Below, piece after piece: positions 20,062-28,989 of a DNA stretch of 64,000 nt. The notes under the pieces were generated by a model. That model had not been told where the DNA came from and searched no databases. It saw nothing but the letters and a program-made list of their open reading frames with translations. Each line of letters opens with the position of its first letter. Position 1 is the stretch's first letter. Made by a program: the position numbers and the translations under genes. The DNA comes from Nitrospirota bacterium (lineage in GTDB: Bacteria > Nitrospirota > UBA9217), in the NCBI GenBank assembly GCA_963790205.1, contig CAWBNQ010000014.1:224001-288000 (forward strand), given 5' to 3'.

Positions 20062-20064
20062 AAT

Positions 20065-20094
20065 GCCGCTGGGGAATGTCCTCCGGCGGTTTTT
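20065..20094 (+). terminator. Leader (attenuator) terminator upstream of the Fn3 lipoprotein gene
   Basis: gccgctgggga-atg-tcctccggcggt hairpin followed by TTTTT, ending 27 nt before the ATG. Confidence 0.7.
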
Positions 20095-20121
20095 GTGAAT
20101 TCATATAATTTGGAGGCGACT

Positions 20122-20517
20122 ATGGGCATCATGAGGCTTTTTTCTGTTTTCTTCCTGGCGTTATTCCTCGCATCGGCAGTAGCGGGATGTGGCGGTGCAA
20201 GCGGAAGTGACACGTTATCATCTCCTGCCGTCAGTCCCCCGCCGGTCAGCGGTGGCACCACGACGGAGACTGCCACGCTTGCATGGAGCGCGCCGATAAC
20301 GAACACGGACGGAACGCCCCTGACGGACCTTGCCGGGTATAAAGTGCATTACGGGAAGTCTTCCGGGACCTATACGAACACCGTTAGCATCGGAAAGGTG
20401 ACAAGCTATTCGATCAATAATCTTGCTCCGGGCACTTATTACTTCACGGTCACGGCCTATGATACGACCGGGCTGGAAAGCGGCTATTCGAACGAGGTGA
20501 GCAAGGTCGTTCTGTAA
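20122..20517 (+). CDS. Lipoprotein with a single fibronectin type III domain
   Basis: GGAGG RBS, lipobox AVAGC, Ser/Pro/Thr linker, ATLAW..P...DLAGYKVHYG...L.PGTYYFTVTAYD..G.ES..SNEVS. Confidence 0.88.
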   Translation: MGIMRLFSVFFLALFLASAVAGCGGASGSDTLSSPAVSPPPVSGGTTTETATLAWSAPITNTDGTPLTDLAGYKVHYGKSSGTYTNTVSIGKVTSYSINNLAPGTYYFTVTAYDTTGLESGYSNEVSKVVL

Positions 20518-20572
20518 TGCGGCCTTGCCGTCCATCTCCTCCCTCATGCGGCTGTTTCAGCGCACCACAGGC

Positions 20573-21967
20573 CTACGAAGGCTGCTGATGCGTTACGTGA
20601 AACAGCCCGTGCTTTTTCATGATGTCATAGAAGGTCGGCCGGCTGATCCCGAGCTCTTCGGCGGCGTGCGCGATGTTTCCCTTATGCCGGTCCCTGGCCG
20701 ACAGGATCATCTCGCGTTCCACCCGGTCCCGCGCATTTTTCAGGGTACTGCCTTCCGGCATCATGTCGGCCGCGTGCGGCTGCGTCGGCTTTGCTGAAAA
20801 CCCGAGGTCGTGAGGCTCAATGAGGGCGCCCTCGGAAAGAATAACGGCCCGCTGGATTTTATTTTCAAGTTCGCGGACGTTTCCAGGCCAGGCATAGTCC
20901 TCCATCAATTCGAGCGAAGCGGCGCTGAATCCTTTTATCCTCTTCTTAAACTCTTCATTGAACCGCTTGAGGAAAAGAGTGCCGAGGAGCGTGATATCGC
21001 CCTTCCGCTCCCGCAGCGGCGGTAGGTGGATCGTGACCACGCCGATCCGGTAGTAGAGGTCTTCCCTGAACCGGCCTGCAGTGATTTCATCACCGATATT
21101 CCGGTTCGTCGCGGCGATTATCCGCGCATCAACGGTAATGTCCTCTCTGCCGCCGACCCGCTGTATCGTCTTGTCCTGAAGGAACCGCAGCAGCTTGACC
21201 TGCAGGGGGGCCGGAAGCTCCCCGATTTCGTCGAGGAACAGGGTCCCCGTATGGGCGTACTCCACCTTACCCTGAACCTGGACATGGGCGCCGGTAAACG
21301 CCCCCTTCTCGTGCCCGAACAACTCCGATTCGAGCAGGTTCTCCGGGATCGCTCCGCAATTGATCGTGACGAAGTCCCGCGCCCGCCGCGGACTCGCCGC
21401 ATGAATTGCCCGGGCGACAAGCTCCTTGCCCGTCCCGCTTTCCCCCTGGACCAGCACCGCGACGTCGGAGGTGGCCACTTTTCTGATGGTGCCAAACACG
21501 TCGAGCATGGAGGGGCACTGGCCGATGATGCCCGTCATGACGCTGCTCTTTTTGTCGAGGGCGGTGCGCAATCTTCGGTTCTCCTCTTCCAGGGCGGAAA
21601 GGTGGAAGGCGCGCTTGATGATTATCTTCAACTCTCCCAGATCAATAGGTTTCTGCAGAAAATCATAGGCCCCGCTCTGCACGGCCCGCAGGGCGTTTCC
21701 GGTGTCGCCGCTGCCGGTCACGATGATGATCTTCGAGAACGGGTGTCCCGTAAGCATCTCGTCGAGGCAGCGGAATCCCTCCTCCGTACCATTCCCGTGC
21801 GCGGGTAATCCGAGGTCGAGCACTACGACCTTGGGCCGGTGCTTCAGAAAAAGCGCCTGCGCTTCTTGAGCGTCTCCGGCGAGCAGCATAGTATACTCAT
21901 TCGTGCAGCCCCACTTCAGCTGTTTCCGGATGTCCTCGGAATCATCGACGATCAGCAGTTTTTCCAT
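20573..21967 (-). CDS. prsR: Sigma-54 response regulator, PEP-CTERM-box type (PrsR-like)
   Basis: [52 protein letters not shown], Fis HTH; directly downstream of a prsK-like gene. A start at 22069 is also possible. Confidence 0.85.
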   Translation of the reverse strand: MEKLLIVDDSEDIRKQLKWGCTNEYTMLLAGDAQEAQALFLKHRPKVVVLDLGLPAHGNGTEEGFRCLDEMLTGHPFSKIIIVTGSGDTGNALRAVQSGAYDFLQKPIDLGELKIIIKRAFHLSALEEENRRLRTALDKKSSVMTGIIGQCPSMLDVFGTIRKVATSDVAVLVQGESGTGKELVARAIHAASPRRARDFVTINCGAIPENLLESELFGHEKGAFTGAHVQVQGKVEYAHTGTLFLDEIGELPAPLQVKLLRFLQDKTIQRVGGREDITVDARIIAATNRNIGDEITAGRFREDLYYRIGVVTIHLPPLRERKGDITLLGTLFLKRFNEEFKKRIKGFSAASLELMEDYAWPGNVRELENKIQRAVILSEGALIEPHDLGFSAKPTQPHAADMMPEGSTLKNARDRVEREMILSARDRHKGNIAHAAEELGISRPTFYDIMKKHGLFHVTHQQPS

Positions 21968-22151
21968 GGCAACGCTCTCCTTTATTTTTCCGGCCCCTTT
22001 CTTACCAGGCGTAGAGGTGGTCCTGGGACCGGCACGCCCCTCCACCGTATCGCTCACGATGTCCTTCATTGACCGATGCTCCCTGGAAGCAGCGAGGCGA
22101 GAGAGATCAACGACATCGACGGCACGGCGGCAATGACTGATTCGGCAGGAC

Positions 22152-24230
22152 TCATGGCACCTGGCCCATATTTCGGCCCGCTGCCGGCAGATACACCGTA
22201 AAGACCGATCCCTTCCCGGCCTCACTCTTCACTTCGAACATACCGCTGTGTGCCTCCACGATCTGCTTGCACTGATAGAGGCCGATCCCGAGCCCTTTGG
22301 CCTTCGTGGTCCGGAAGGGCTTGAACAAATGGTTCTCAATGAAGTCTTTGGTCATGCCGCAGCCGGTATCGGACACGCTGAAGTAGGAATGGCCGTTGTT
22401 CATACCGGTCTCGACTAGGACTGTTCCCTCTTCTCCGGCCGCATCGAGCCCGTTTTGTACGAGGTTCACAATGACCTTCTTGATCTCGTCCCCGTCGACC
22501 AGCGACAGGACGGACGTGCCGCCGCAGACGATGCGGGCTCGGGACCGAATTTTTTTCAATTTCTCCGCTACTGACGCGGACAGTCGGTGGAGGTCGTGGC
22601 ATTCCCGGCTGGTCCCGCTTTTCCCGGGGATCGCTTTCAGCTTTTGAGTGAGGCTTTGCATGTTCTCGAGTGTGTGTCGGACGGTCACCATCATATCACG
22701 CTGGAAGTCGGCATTGCCCATGTGCTCTTCGGCGTTGTCCATGATAAGCGAGAGGCTATAGGTAAGGTTTTTGAGGTCATGGACGACGAATGACGAAAGC
22801 CTGGCAACAGCGGCCAGCTCCCGCGTCTCGATGAGCTCCTCGGAGAGCCTGAGGTTGCTGAGCACGAGGGCCGATTGCCTCGCCATGATCTTCATGAGAT
22901 CGTAGTCCTCAAAGGTGAACTGTTCCGCGGCCAGCTGCCGGCCGAACACGACCAGGGCCTCCACCTGGTGATCACAGACCAGGGGGACCAAGAACCGTGC
23001 CCCGGTAACGGCCGCGAAAGACCGTTCTCCCTCGGTAGGAGCATATTCAGTGTCGGCGAGGTTCCACACGCGGTTTCGGTCCAGGAAATAGGAAAGCAGG
23101 TCAGGTGACGCGCTGAGCCCTGTCTCGGCGCGCGGCAGAGCATGCTCTGCCGCCGGCACATACCTGCCGCTGCCGCGATCGAGGAGATAGAGCGACGCGC
23201 CCGCGAGCCCGAACATCTCGCAGTACGCGGCAAGGATACCCTTTTCCATGGCAGCGGGAATCGTGCACGAGGCGAGCCTGTTCGTGAGCGCCATCCATGT
23301 ATGGCGGTAATCGTGCTTCTGCTCAAAAAAGTGCTTGCTGATGAAGACCTTCACCCGGCGCCGCAGGTGTTCCGAAAGCAACAGCGCGATCATCGCGATC
23401 CCTCCGGCAAAGGCGAGAAAGATCGTCATATATTGAGCAAAGGAACCGTCTAAATACTTCATGGCTTCGCCGAGGAGTCCGAGAACGATGAAGTAGACAC
23501 CGACGGACAACAGGGTGAGCGAGCGGAAAAGGATATAGCGGGACACAGTGATCCGAACGCCGTTCTCCCGATACAGTTTTGCGTACAGGATGAGTCCCGA
23601 GGAGATCGCGAGTATGCTGGACCGTATCGTCATCAGGTTTGCGTCTATGGTCCTGTACAGCAGCCCCTGGCTGAAATAGAAAATGAGGACCGCGAGAATG
23701 CTCCCGGCCCCGATGACTTCGAACTTGACCTTCCACCGGTCGGTCCCGACAGCCGACAAGAATGTGGCTTCGAAGTTCATGAGGGCTGCCACACAGGCGA
23801 GCATCGCACTAAGATAGAACCAATACCCGGCCCTTCCGAGGAAAAGCACCCGCTCGCTCTGGAAATCCGGGGCATGGAAGAAGTCCTGCAAGGGGAGAAA
23901 CAAGACGCTTGCGGGAAAGAAGACGGCTGCAGCGACGACGAGGAGGCCGCGGCGTGAGCGCAGGGGAACGGGCTCACTCCGTGCAAAGGTGAAGCTGTAC
24001 CACAGCAGTGCCGCCGGCAGGAACGACTCGAAAAGTATCGTGAAGCGACTGAAGACGGTATGATCGGACGATGCGTGCAGTGTAAGCAGGTCCGTAATTT
24101 CGGTCCCGGCGAGCAGAACAGCGACGCAGGCGAGGGCCTTCTGCGCAACGGTCTTCTGCTGCCTCATTGCTTGCGCGGCGAGGCCCAGCAGGAGCAGTGC
24201 GGCTATGGCTGACAGGATAATTTCAAACAT
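22152..24230 (-). CDS. prsK: Membrane sensor histidine kinase of the PEP-CTERM system (PrsK-like)
   Basis: Multi-TM N-terminus, KVFISKHFF..KHDYR..W, GAF-like region, SFVVHDLKN, N.DFQRDM, LFKPFRTTK.KGLGIGLYQ. Confidence 0.88.
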   Translation of the reverse strand: MFEIILSAIAALLLLGLAAQAMRQQKTVAQKALACVAVLLAGTEITDLLTLHASSDHTVFSRFTILFESFLPAALLWYSFTFARSEPVPLRSRRGLLVVAAAVFFPASVLFLPLQDFFHAPDFQSERVLFLGRAGYWFYLSAMLACVAALMNFEATFLSAVGTDRWKVKFEVIGAGSILAVLIFYFSQGLLYRTIDANLMTIRSSILAISSGLILYAKLYRENGVRITVSRYILFRSLTLLSVGVYFIVLGLLGEAMKYLDGSFAQYMTIFLAFAGGIAMIALLLSEHLRRRVKVFISKHFFEQKHDYRHTWMALTNRLASCTIPAAMEKGILAAYCEMFGLAGASLYLLDRGSGRYVPAAEHALPRAETGLSASPDLLSYFLDRNRVWNLADTEYAPTEGERSFAAVTGARFLVPLVCDHQVEALVVFGRQLAAEQFTFEDYDLMKIMARQSALVLSNLRLSEELIETRELAAVARLSSFVVHDLKNLTYSLSLIMDNAEEHMGNADFQRDMMVTVRHTLENMQSLTQKLKAIPGKSGTSRECHDLHRLSASVAEKLKKIRSRARIVCGGTSVLSLVDGDEIKKVIVNLVQNGLDAAGEEGTVLVETGMNNGHSYFSVSDTGCGMTKDFIENHLFKPFRTTKAKGLGIGLYQCKQIVEAHSGMFEVKSEAGKGSVFTVYLPAAGRNMGQVP

Positions 24231-24652
24231 GCCGTCCCTTTAGGCGGTTACGGTTTCGTATCGACGATTTTTGTCGATGTTTACCGTGAGCGCTTTTCGC
24301 ATGAATTTACGGAGAAAGGGGCTTTGGGTGAAAAAATATAAAAATCTTAATCACCCTTAAACGCCTTGATGTCTTCCACAGGGATGTGCTTGATGTACGT
24401 CTTGCCGCTGTTCAGGTATTTTATTTTCTCTTCATCCAGACCAAAGCCGGTCACGTTAAATCCATCCATCTTTCCCCGGACCTTCTTCCTGGTGGTTTTT
24501 CCGGTGTGATATGAGTCACTGCGAATTTCCTTCATTTGTTCTAATCTCAATCATAGTTCCAATAACTATTGGAACTATATCCAACAATCCTTTAAATACT
24601 ACCAAAGGTGGAGATATTCATAATTAATACGAGGTTAGTTATATAAAAAATT

Positions 24653-24695
24653 TGTGATTCTTATCACATGAAATCAATTGACTACAGGGTATAAT
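24653..24695 (+). promoter_or_regulatory. CRP-type box with class-II-spaced consensus -10 element
   Basis: aaattTGTGA-ttctta-TCACA at 24653-24668; TATAAT at 24690-24695; same 21-nt gap as the 19852 site. Confidence 0.8.
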
Positions 24696-24876
24696 TTTAT
24701 TACATTAAGTCTCATGTCTCACAGATAATTTGTTGCGATTGAACGGCATAGGCCATAACAGGAAAAGAAAAGCGGATTTCTCGAAAATGCCAACAACATT
24801 CTAACTCATCTCAGCATACAGGTATCCGTTATAAGACACCCTGTTATGGATGAAAACCTTTTCTATGGGGGCTCCT

Positions 24877-25815
24877 ATGAAATGTAAAAAGAAATTCTTG
24901 TTGATACTCTTCTCTCTTTTTTTATTGCCCTGTGTTGGTTTTGCCGGCACTCTTTTTCAGGAAGATTTTGAAGACACGAACTTTTCTTCGCGCGGCTGGT
25001 ACGATAGCACTTATAACAGCAATGCTATCACCACATCACAGCATTATATCGGCACTCATGCTTACGAGTGCCATTTTACACAAGGTGCGGTGTATTGCGC
25101 AGGCGGGGACCCGAGAAGAATGTTGTTTAGCGCAACTGAGACCGTTTATGTAAGTTACTGGATGAAATTAAGCTCAAACTGGGTGGGGTCAGGGAAGCCA
25201 TACCATCCTCACATTATCACGATAATGACCGATCAAAATGGTGCCTGGGACGGAATGGCTATAGCCAAAACCACAGGATACCTTGAGTTGAATGCCACTA
25301 AGCCGAGAATCGGACTTCAGGACGGAACGAATATCGACATGAAAAACCTCAATGTCAATCTTTGCAATATTTCTGAAAATAGAGCAGTCAATGGTTGTAA
25401 TGGAACATGTGATTCTGACCCGTGGGATGGCCCCGCCGAGTGTTATGACTTCACCGGCACGGGTGTTTATTCAAATGGCAAGGTGTACACTCCGAACACC
25501 ACGCTTACAACAAACGCTTGGCATCATATCGAAGCCTATATGAAGATGAATAGCATCTCCGGCGGAAAAGGACAGAAGGACGGCCTGATGCAGATGTGGG
25601 TAGACGGAACGCAGGTGATGAACTTCACCGATATCATCTACCGTACGAACCAGTATCCGACAATGAAATGGAACCAGTTTATCATTGCTCCCTACATCGG
25701 AGATGGCTCCCCTACAGATCAGTATTTTTGGATCGACGATTTAACTGTTGCAACTGCCCGGCCAGCACAGGGTGCAGTTGCTCCATCTCCGCCAACAAAT
25801 TTGCAGGTAAATTAG
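24877..25815 (+). CDS. Secreted ConA/polysaccharide-lyase-like beta-sandwich protein with C-terminal PSPPTNLQV motif
   Basis: Signal peptide, LFQEDFED, VYVSYWMK, WHHIEAYMKMNS...DGLMQMWVDG, WIDDLTVAT. Confidence 0.72.
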   Translation: MKCKKKFLLILFSLFLLPCVGFAGTLFQEDFEDTNFSSRGWYDSTYNSNAITTSQHYIGTHAYECHFTQGAVYCAGGDPRRMLFSATETVYVSYWMKLSSNWVGSGKPYHPHIITIMTDQNGAWDGMAIAKTTGYLELNATKPRIGLQDGTNIDMKNLNVNLCNISENRAVNGCNGTCDSDPWDGPAECYDFTGTGVYSNGKVYTPNTTLTTNAWHHIEAYMKMNSISGGKGQKDGLMQMWVDGTQVMNFTDIIYRTNQYPTMKWNQFIIAPYIGDGSPTDQYFWIDDLTVATARPAQGAVAPSPPTNLQVN

Positions 25816-25942
25816 ATGAAAATAGTTATCTTTAATCGTTTTGGTATAGTATCATAGGATCTGCTAATTTATATTGTAACTTAAGAAGTTCTCTGCGTCC
25901 TCTGCGGTTTTGACAATACGACCGATGTATTAAGGAGATTGT

Positions 25943-26833
25943 ATGAAAAAATTCACGTACATATTAAGTGGTCTGATGTTATTTCAAAAGGTGGGAAAAA
26001 TGAAACATATGAAAATAGCCTTTCTTACAGTTTTATTCTTTACGCTTTTTTTGAATATATCAAATGCGGCAACCATCTGGTCAAGTACCTTTAATTGCAG
26101 CAGTTGGACAGAAGGACAATCCCTCAATTGCGACAGCCTTGCTGCTTATGGGGGATGGACCTGCAACGGACAGGGCGCACAGATCACGAGTGCTGCAAAT
26201 TACAGTGGTGGCGGTGGCGGTTTAGGATTAAGACGCTTTGAAGGTGATGGAGATAACGTTGTAAGCGGATCGACACAGATTTATTTTGCAGCCCAGAATG
26301 AGATATGGGTCCGTTGGTACATGAGATACCAGTCCGGCTTTAAATGGGGAGCACCTGCTGGACTTGACTATGATAAGGTGCTTTATTTTGATAATAGTGT
26401 TGTTGCTGAATTTCATTCTTGGAACTCAGTTAATATATTTACAACACAAGGAAACCATGATTCCTCTGGTGGTGGTTGGGATACTGTTATGGCAAATGGC
26501 GGCAATGATGGCGCAGGTCATAAGACCTCAGATGGTCAATGGCATTACTACGAAGTTCATTTGAAACGAGAAACAAGCGGGTCGAATGGCGTTGGTGAAT
26601 TTTGGGTTGATGGAGTGAAATATCTGTCGAACAGCAGTATAACCTATGGGACTACTTTTTCATACGTCATCTTTGGAGTAAATGAAAATAGCCCGAGTAA
26701 TGGTGGATGCAGGTATGTAGACTATGACGATATCGTGGTCGCCACTACCGGCCCCATCGGGCCGATTGGCGGCGGTACTCCTCCTCCCGTTGCAGCTGCA
26801 CCGGCAGCACCTGTAGGTTTGATGGTGCAGTAA
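25943..26833 (+). CDS. Secreted ConA/polysaccharide-lyase-like protein with C-terminal PAAPVGLMV motif
   Basis: AAGGAG RBS, signal peptide, EIWVRWYMRY..GF, GQWHYYEVHLK....NGVGEFWVDG, DYDDIVVAT.GPIGP. Confidence 0.72.
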   Translation: MKKFTYILSGLMLFQKVGKMKHMKIAFLTVLFFTLFLNISNAATIWSSTFNCSSWTEGQSLNCDSLAAYGGWTCNGQGAQITSAANYSGGGGGLGLRRFEGDGDNVVSGSTQIYFAAQNEIWVRWYMRYQSGFKWGAPAGLDYDKVLYFDNSVVAEFHSWNSVNIFTTQGNHDSSGGGWDTVMANGGNDGAGHKTSDGQWHYYEVHLKRETSGSNGVGEFWVDGVKYLSNSSITYGTTFSYVIFGVNENSPSNGGCRYVDYDDIVVATTGPIGPIGGGTPPPVAAAPAAPVGLMVQ

Positions 26834-26853
26834 GGCCAAAGCGCCGCAAGAAA

Positions 26854-26950
26854 TAAACTACCCCGCCGCAAGCAGCGGGGTATTGAAACCAAGATCATTT
26901 GAATCATTCGCCGCGAGCGGCGGGGAATTCAACCCGGAGAACCGATTAAA
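26854..26950. mobile_element. Short non-autonomous two-hairpin element (IS200/IS605- or REP-like)
   Basis: TACCCCGC-cgcaagca-GCGGGGTA hairpin and a second cgccgc-ga-gcggcg hairpin, bounded by TAAA words; no transposase nearby. Confidence 0.55.
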
Positions 26951-27072
26951 TGGGAGGGGCTATTCAATCGTAGCCCCTTAAAAAACTTTGGTAATAACTT
27001 CTGGATCAGCGACTGAAGTAAAGCCGCTACCACCCACTATTACTTCAAGACAGTAAATATTAATTTAATTAT

Positions 27073-27108
27073 AAGCTCCCCGGGCCGCAAGTTCGGGGAG
27101 CTTTTTTT
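27073..27108 (+). terminator. Intrinsic terminator
   Basis: aagctccccgggc-cgcaa-gttcggggagctt hairpin followed by a T-run. Confidence 0.8.
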
Positions 27109-27252
27109 ATGCCAACTTCAATGCTGGGATCGTAAGATCGATATCGAGGCTTGCAATATGCGGCTAATACAAGCATTCAAATCAGACGCTTTGCAACATG
27201 ACTTAGTGCGTTTGTAGTAGTTTTCTGCCTTCTTTTTTTCTACGGTATGACC

Positions 27253-28890
27253 CTATTTCCAGTCTATATACCACATCTGCGTCATGTTCGGGATAAGGCG
27301 ACCCAGTTCCTTGCCGTCCTTTGTCATAAGCTGTGCATCCACGTTTGACGCAGACCGGAGGTACACAAGGTACTGGTTTGTCGGGTCGAACACTGGCAGC
27401 CAATTGATCCATCCGTTGTGAAGGAGCGTGCGTTCACCGCTGCCATCTAACCGCGCTTCGACTATGTCCCAAGGCGTGAACTGCGCTTCTACATCCGTGT
27501 TATAGTCCGTTGGCTTCAGGAAGCGCTCGAAGACCGCAACTGAGCTGTTGCCGACCGGGTCATGGTCCGATGACGTGGTGCTGGCCGGCGTGAGAAACTG
27601 CACGTTGGAACCATCGGCATCCATGACCGCAATATGATAAAGAGGATAGGTGCTACCACGCAGGGTCTTGAATACGATACGGCCGTCTGGAAGAAAGTCA
27701 GGGTCGTTGTCATCGGCATCAAGCGGGGACAGCTCCTGTGCATTGCTGCCGTCAGCATTCGCAATAACGATCGAGGCCCTGCCATTTTTTGCCGGGTTTA
27801 ACGTTGCATATACGATCTTCGAATCATCGGGCGACCAGCCGGGATGACCGTCAAGAACCGAGTTGTGCGTGATTTGATGGAGGTTTTGGCCGTTCACGTC
27901 CACGATATAGATCTCGTAAGTCGTGTAGTCGGCCTGGTTTGTCGCGCCGTGGAATGCGATCCTTTTCCGGTCGTGAGACAGCGACAGATTGTCCTTAAAG
28001 AGGGAGGAAGAGGACGAATCGGTCACCCGTGTTACGAGGCCTGTTGCAGGGTTGAAGGTGTAAATTTCGCCGTTCGTCGGATTCTCGTGAGTGCTGATAA
28101 AAGCGATCAGTCCCGTCAGGCCCGCTGGTATCTGGGGATGGGCGTGAGGACCTGTTGCAACCAGGGGCAGCCCCGGCCAGGAAGAGGTGTCGGTCCCCGG
28201 AGCGTCAGAGCCGCTGTCCACGTTGATGGCCACGTTGCCGGACTGCACTCCCGGCTGCACGTGGTCGAAGAGCATAATCGCGTAGCGCGTGGAGGTCGTA
28301 AGGTTTGCATCCTGGCCGTACACGTCCGCTTGCATGGGGAACAGAAACTCGGCCTGGTATTTCTGTCTCACTGCATCGTAGCTCAGCCTTGCCAGGCCAT
28401 CCTGCACGATGTCGGTCTCGTCCCCAGAGGTAACGACGTGCTGATCCATATAATCGGAGCTCACGCTCGCGGCGAGTACTGTGCGCTCATCCTCGCCGAC
28501 ATCAAGCTTGCCGTCTCCATCGTTGTCAAACAACAACTTCACTCCATCGAAGTTCGTGGGGCCAAGGGAGATGTCATAGTCGTGATCATACGTGTCGTCT
28601 GTCCACTCTACGGCAATGTAGATGTCGCGATCGTCATTCAGCACGACCCAGGAGAGAGTTGTGGACTTGACGACCGTCCCGGTACCGCGAGAACTGATAA
28701 AATTCACTGTCTTGTGCTGGACATTCGAGAAAGCGCTGAAGTCGACAACCCCGTCAATGGGGTAAAGCGCGGACAGCGGCTGAGGAAGAGGCCTGCTGAC
28801 ACTACTGACACTGCCGCATCCGCTGCTGTGGCACGACATCAGTACTGCCAATAATAGGATGGTCGAAATTGTGGACCGCATCAAAGCCAT
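27253..28890 (-). CDS. Probable lipoprotein: DOMON/CBM9-like N-domain + TolB-like (PD40) beta-propeller
   Basis: Hydrophobic N-terminus with Cys; ND..DIYIAVEW.D; propeller repeats LSHDRKRIAF, PGWSPDDSKIVY, PDFLPDGRIVF, PVFDP...YLVY. Confidence 0.72.
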   Translation of the reverse strand: MALMRSTISTILLLAVLMSCHSSGCGSVSSVSRPLPQPLSALYPIDGVVDFSAFSNVQHKTVNFISSRGTGTVVKSTTLSWVVLNDDRDIYIAVEWTDDTYDHDYDISLGPTNFDGVKLLFDNDGDGKLDVGEDERTVLAASVSSDYMDQHVVTSGDETDIVQDGLARLSYDAVRQKYQAEFLFPMQADVYGQDANLTTSTRYAIMLFDHVQPGVQSGNVAINVDSGSDAPGTDTSSWPGLPLVATGPHAHPQIPAGLTGLIAFISTHENPTNGEIYTFNPATGLVTRVTDSSSSSLFKDNLSLSHDRKRIAFHGATNQADYTTYEIYIVDVNGQNLHQITHNSVLDGHPGWSPDDSKIVYATLNPAKNGRASIVIANADGSNAQELSPLDADDNDPDFLPDGRIVFKTLRGSTYPLYHIAVMDADGSNVQFLTPASTTSSDHDPVGNSSVAVFERFLKPTDYNTDVEAQFTPWDIVEARLDGSGERTLLHNGWINWLPVFDPTNQYLVYLRSASNVDAQLMTKDGKELGRLIPNMTQMWYIDWK

Positions 28891-28989
28891 ATTCGATCCT
28901 TTTTTATCTCTGCTCGCGTCATCAGACATGGGGAAAGGGTTGGGTGCGGGTGGACTTGCCGAAATGTCATAGTAATTAGTTCGATCGCA

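Noticed and set aside
24347..24550. Short minus-strand ORF as a confident gene
   Set aside because: No recognisable domain and ambiguous start; may be a gene remnant.
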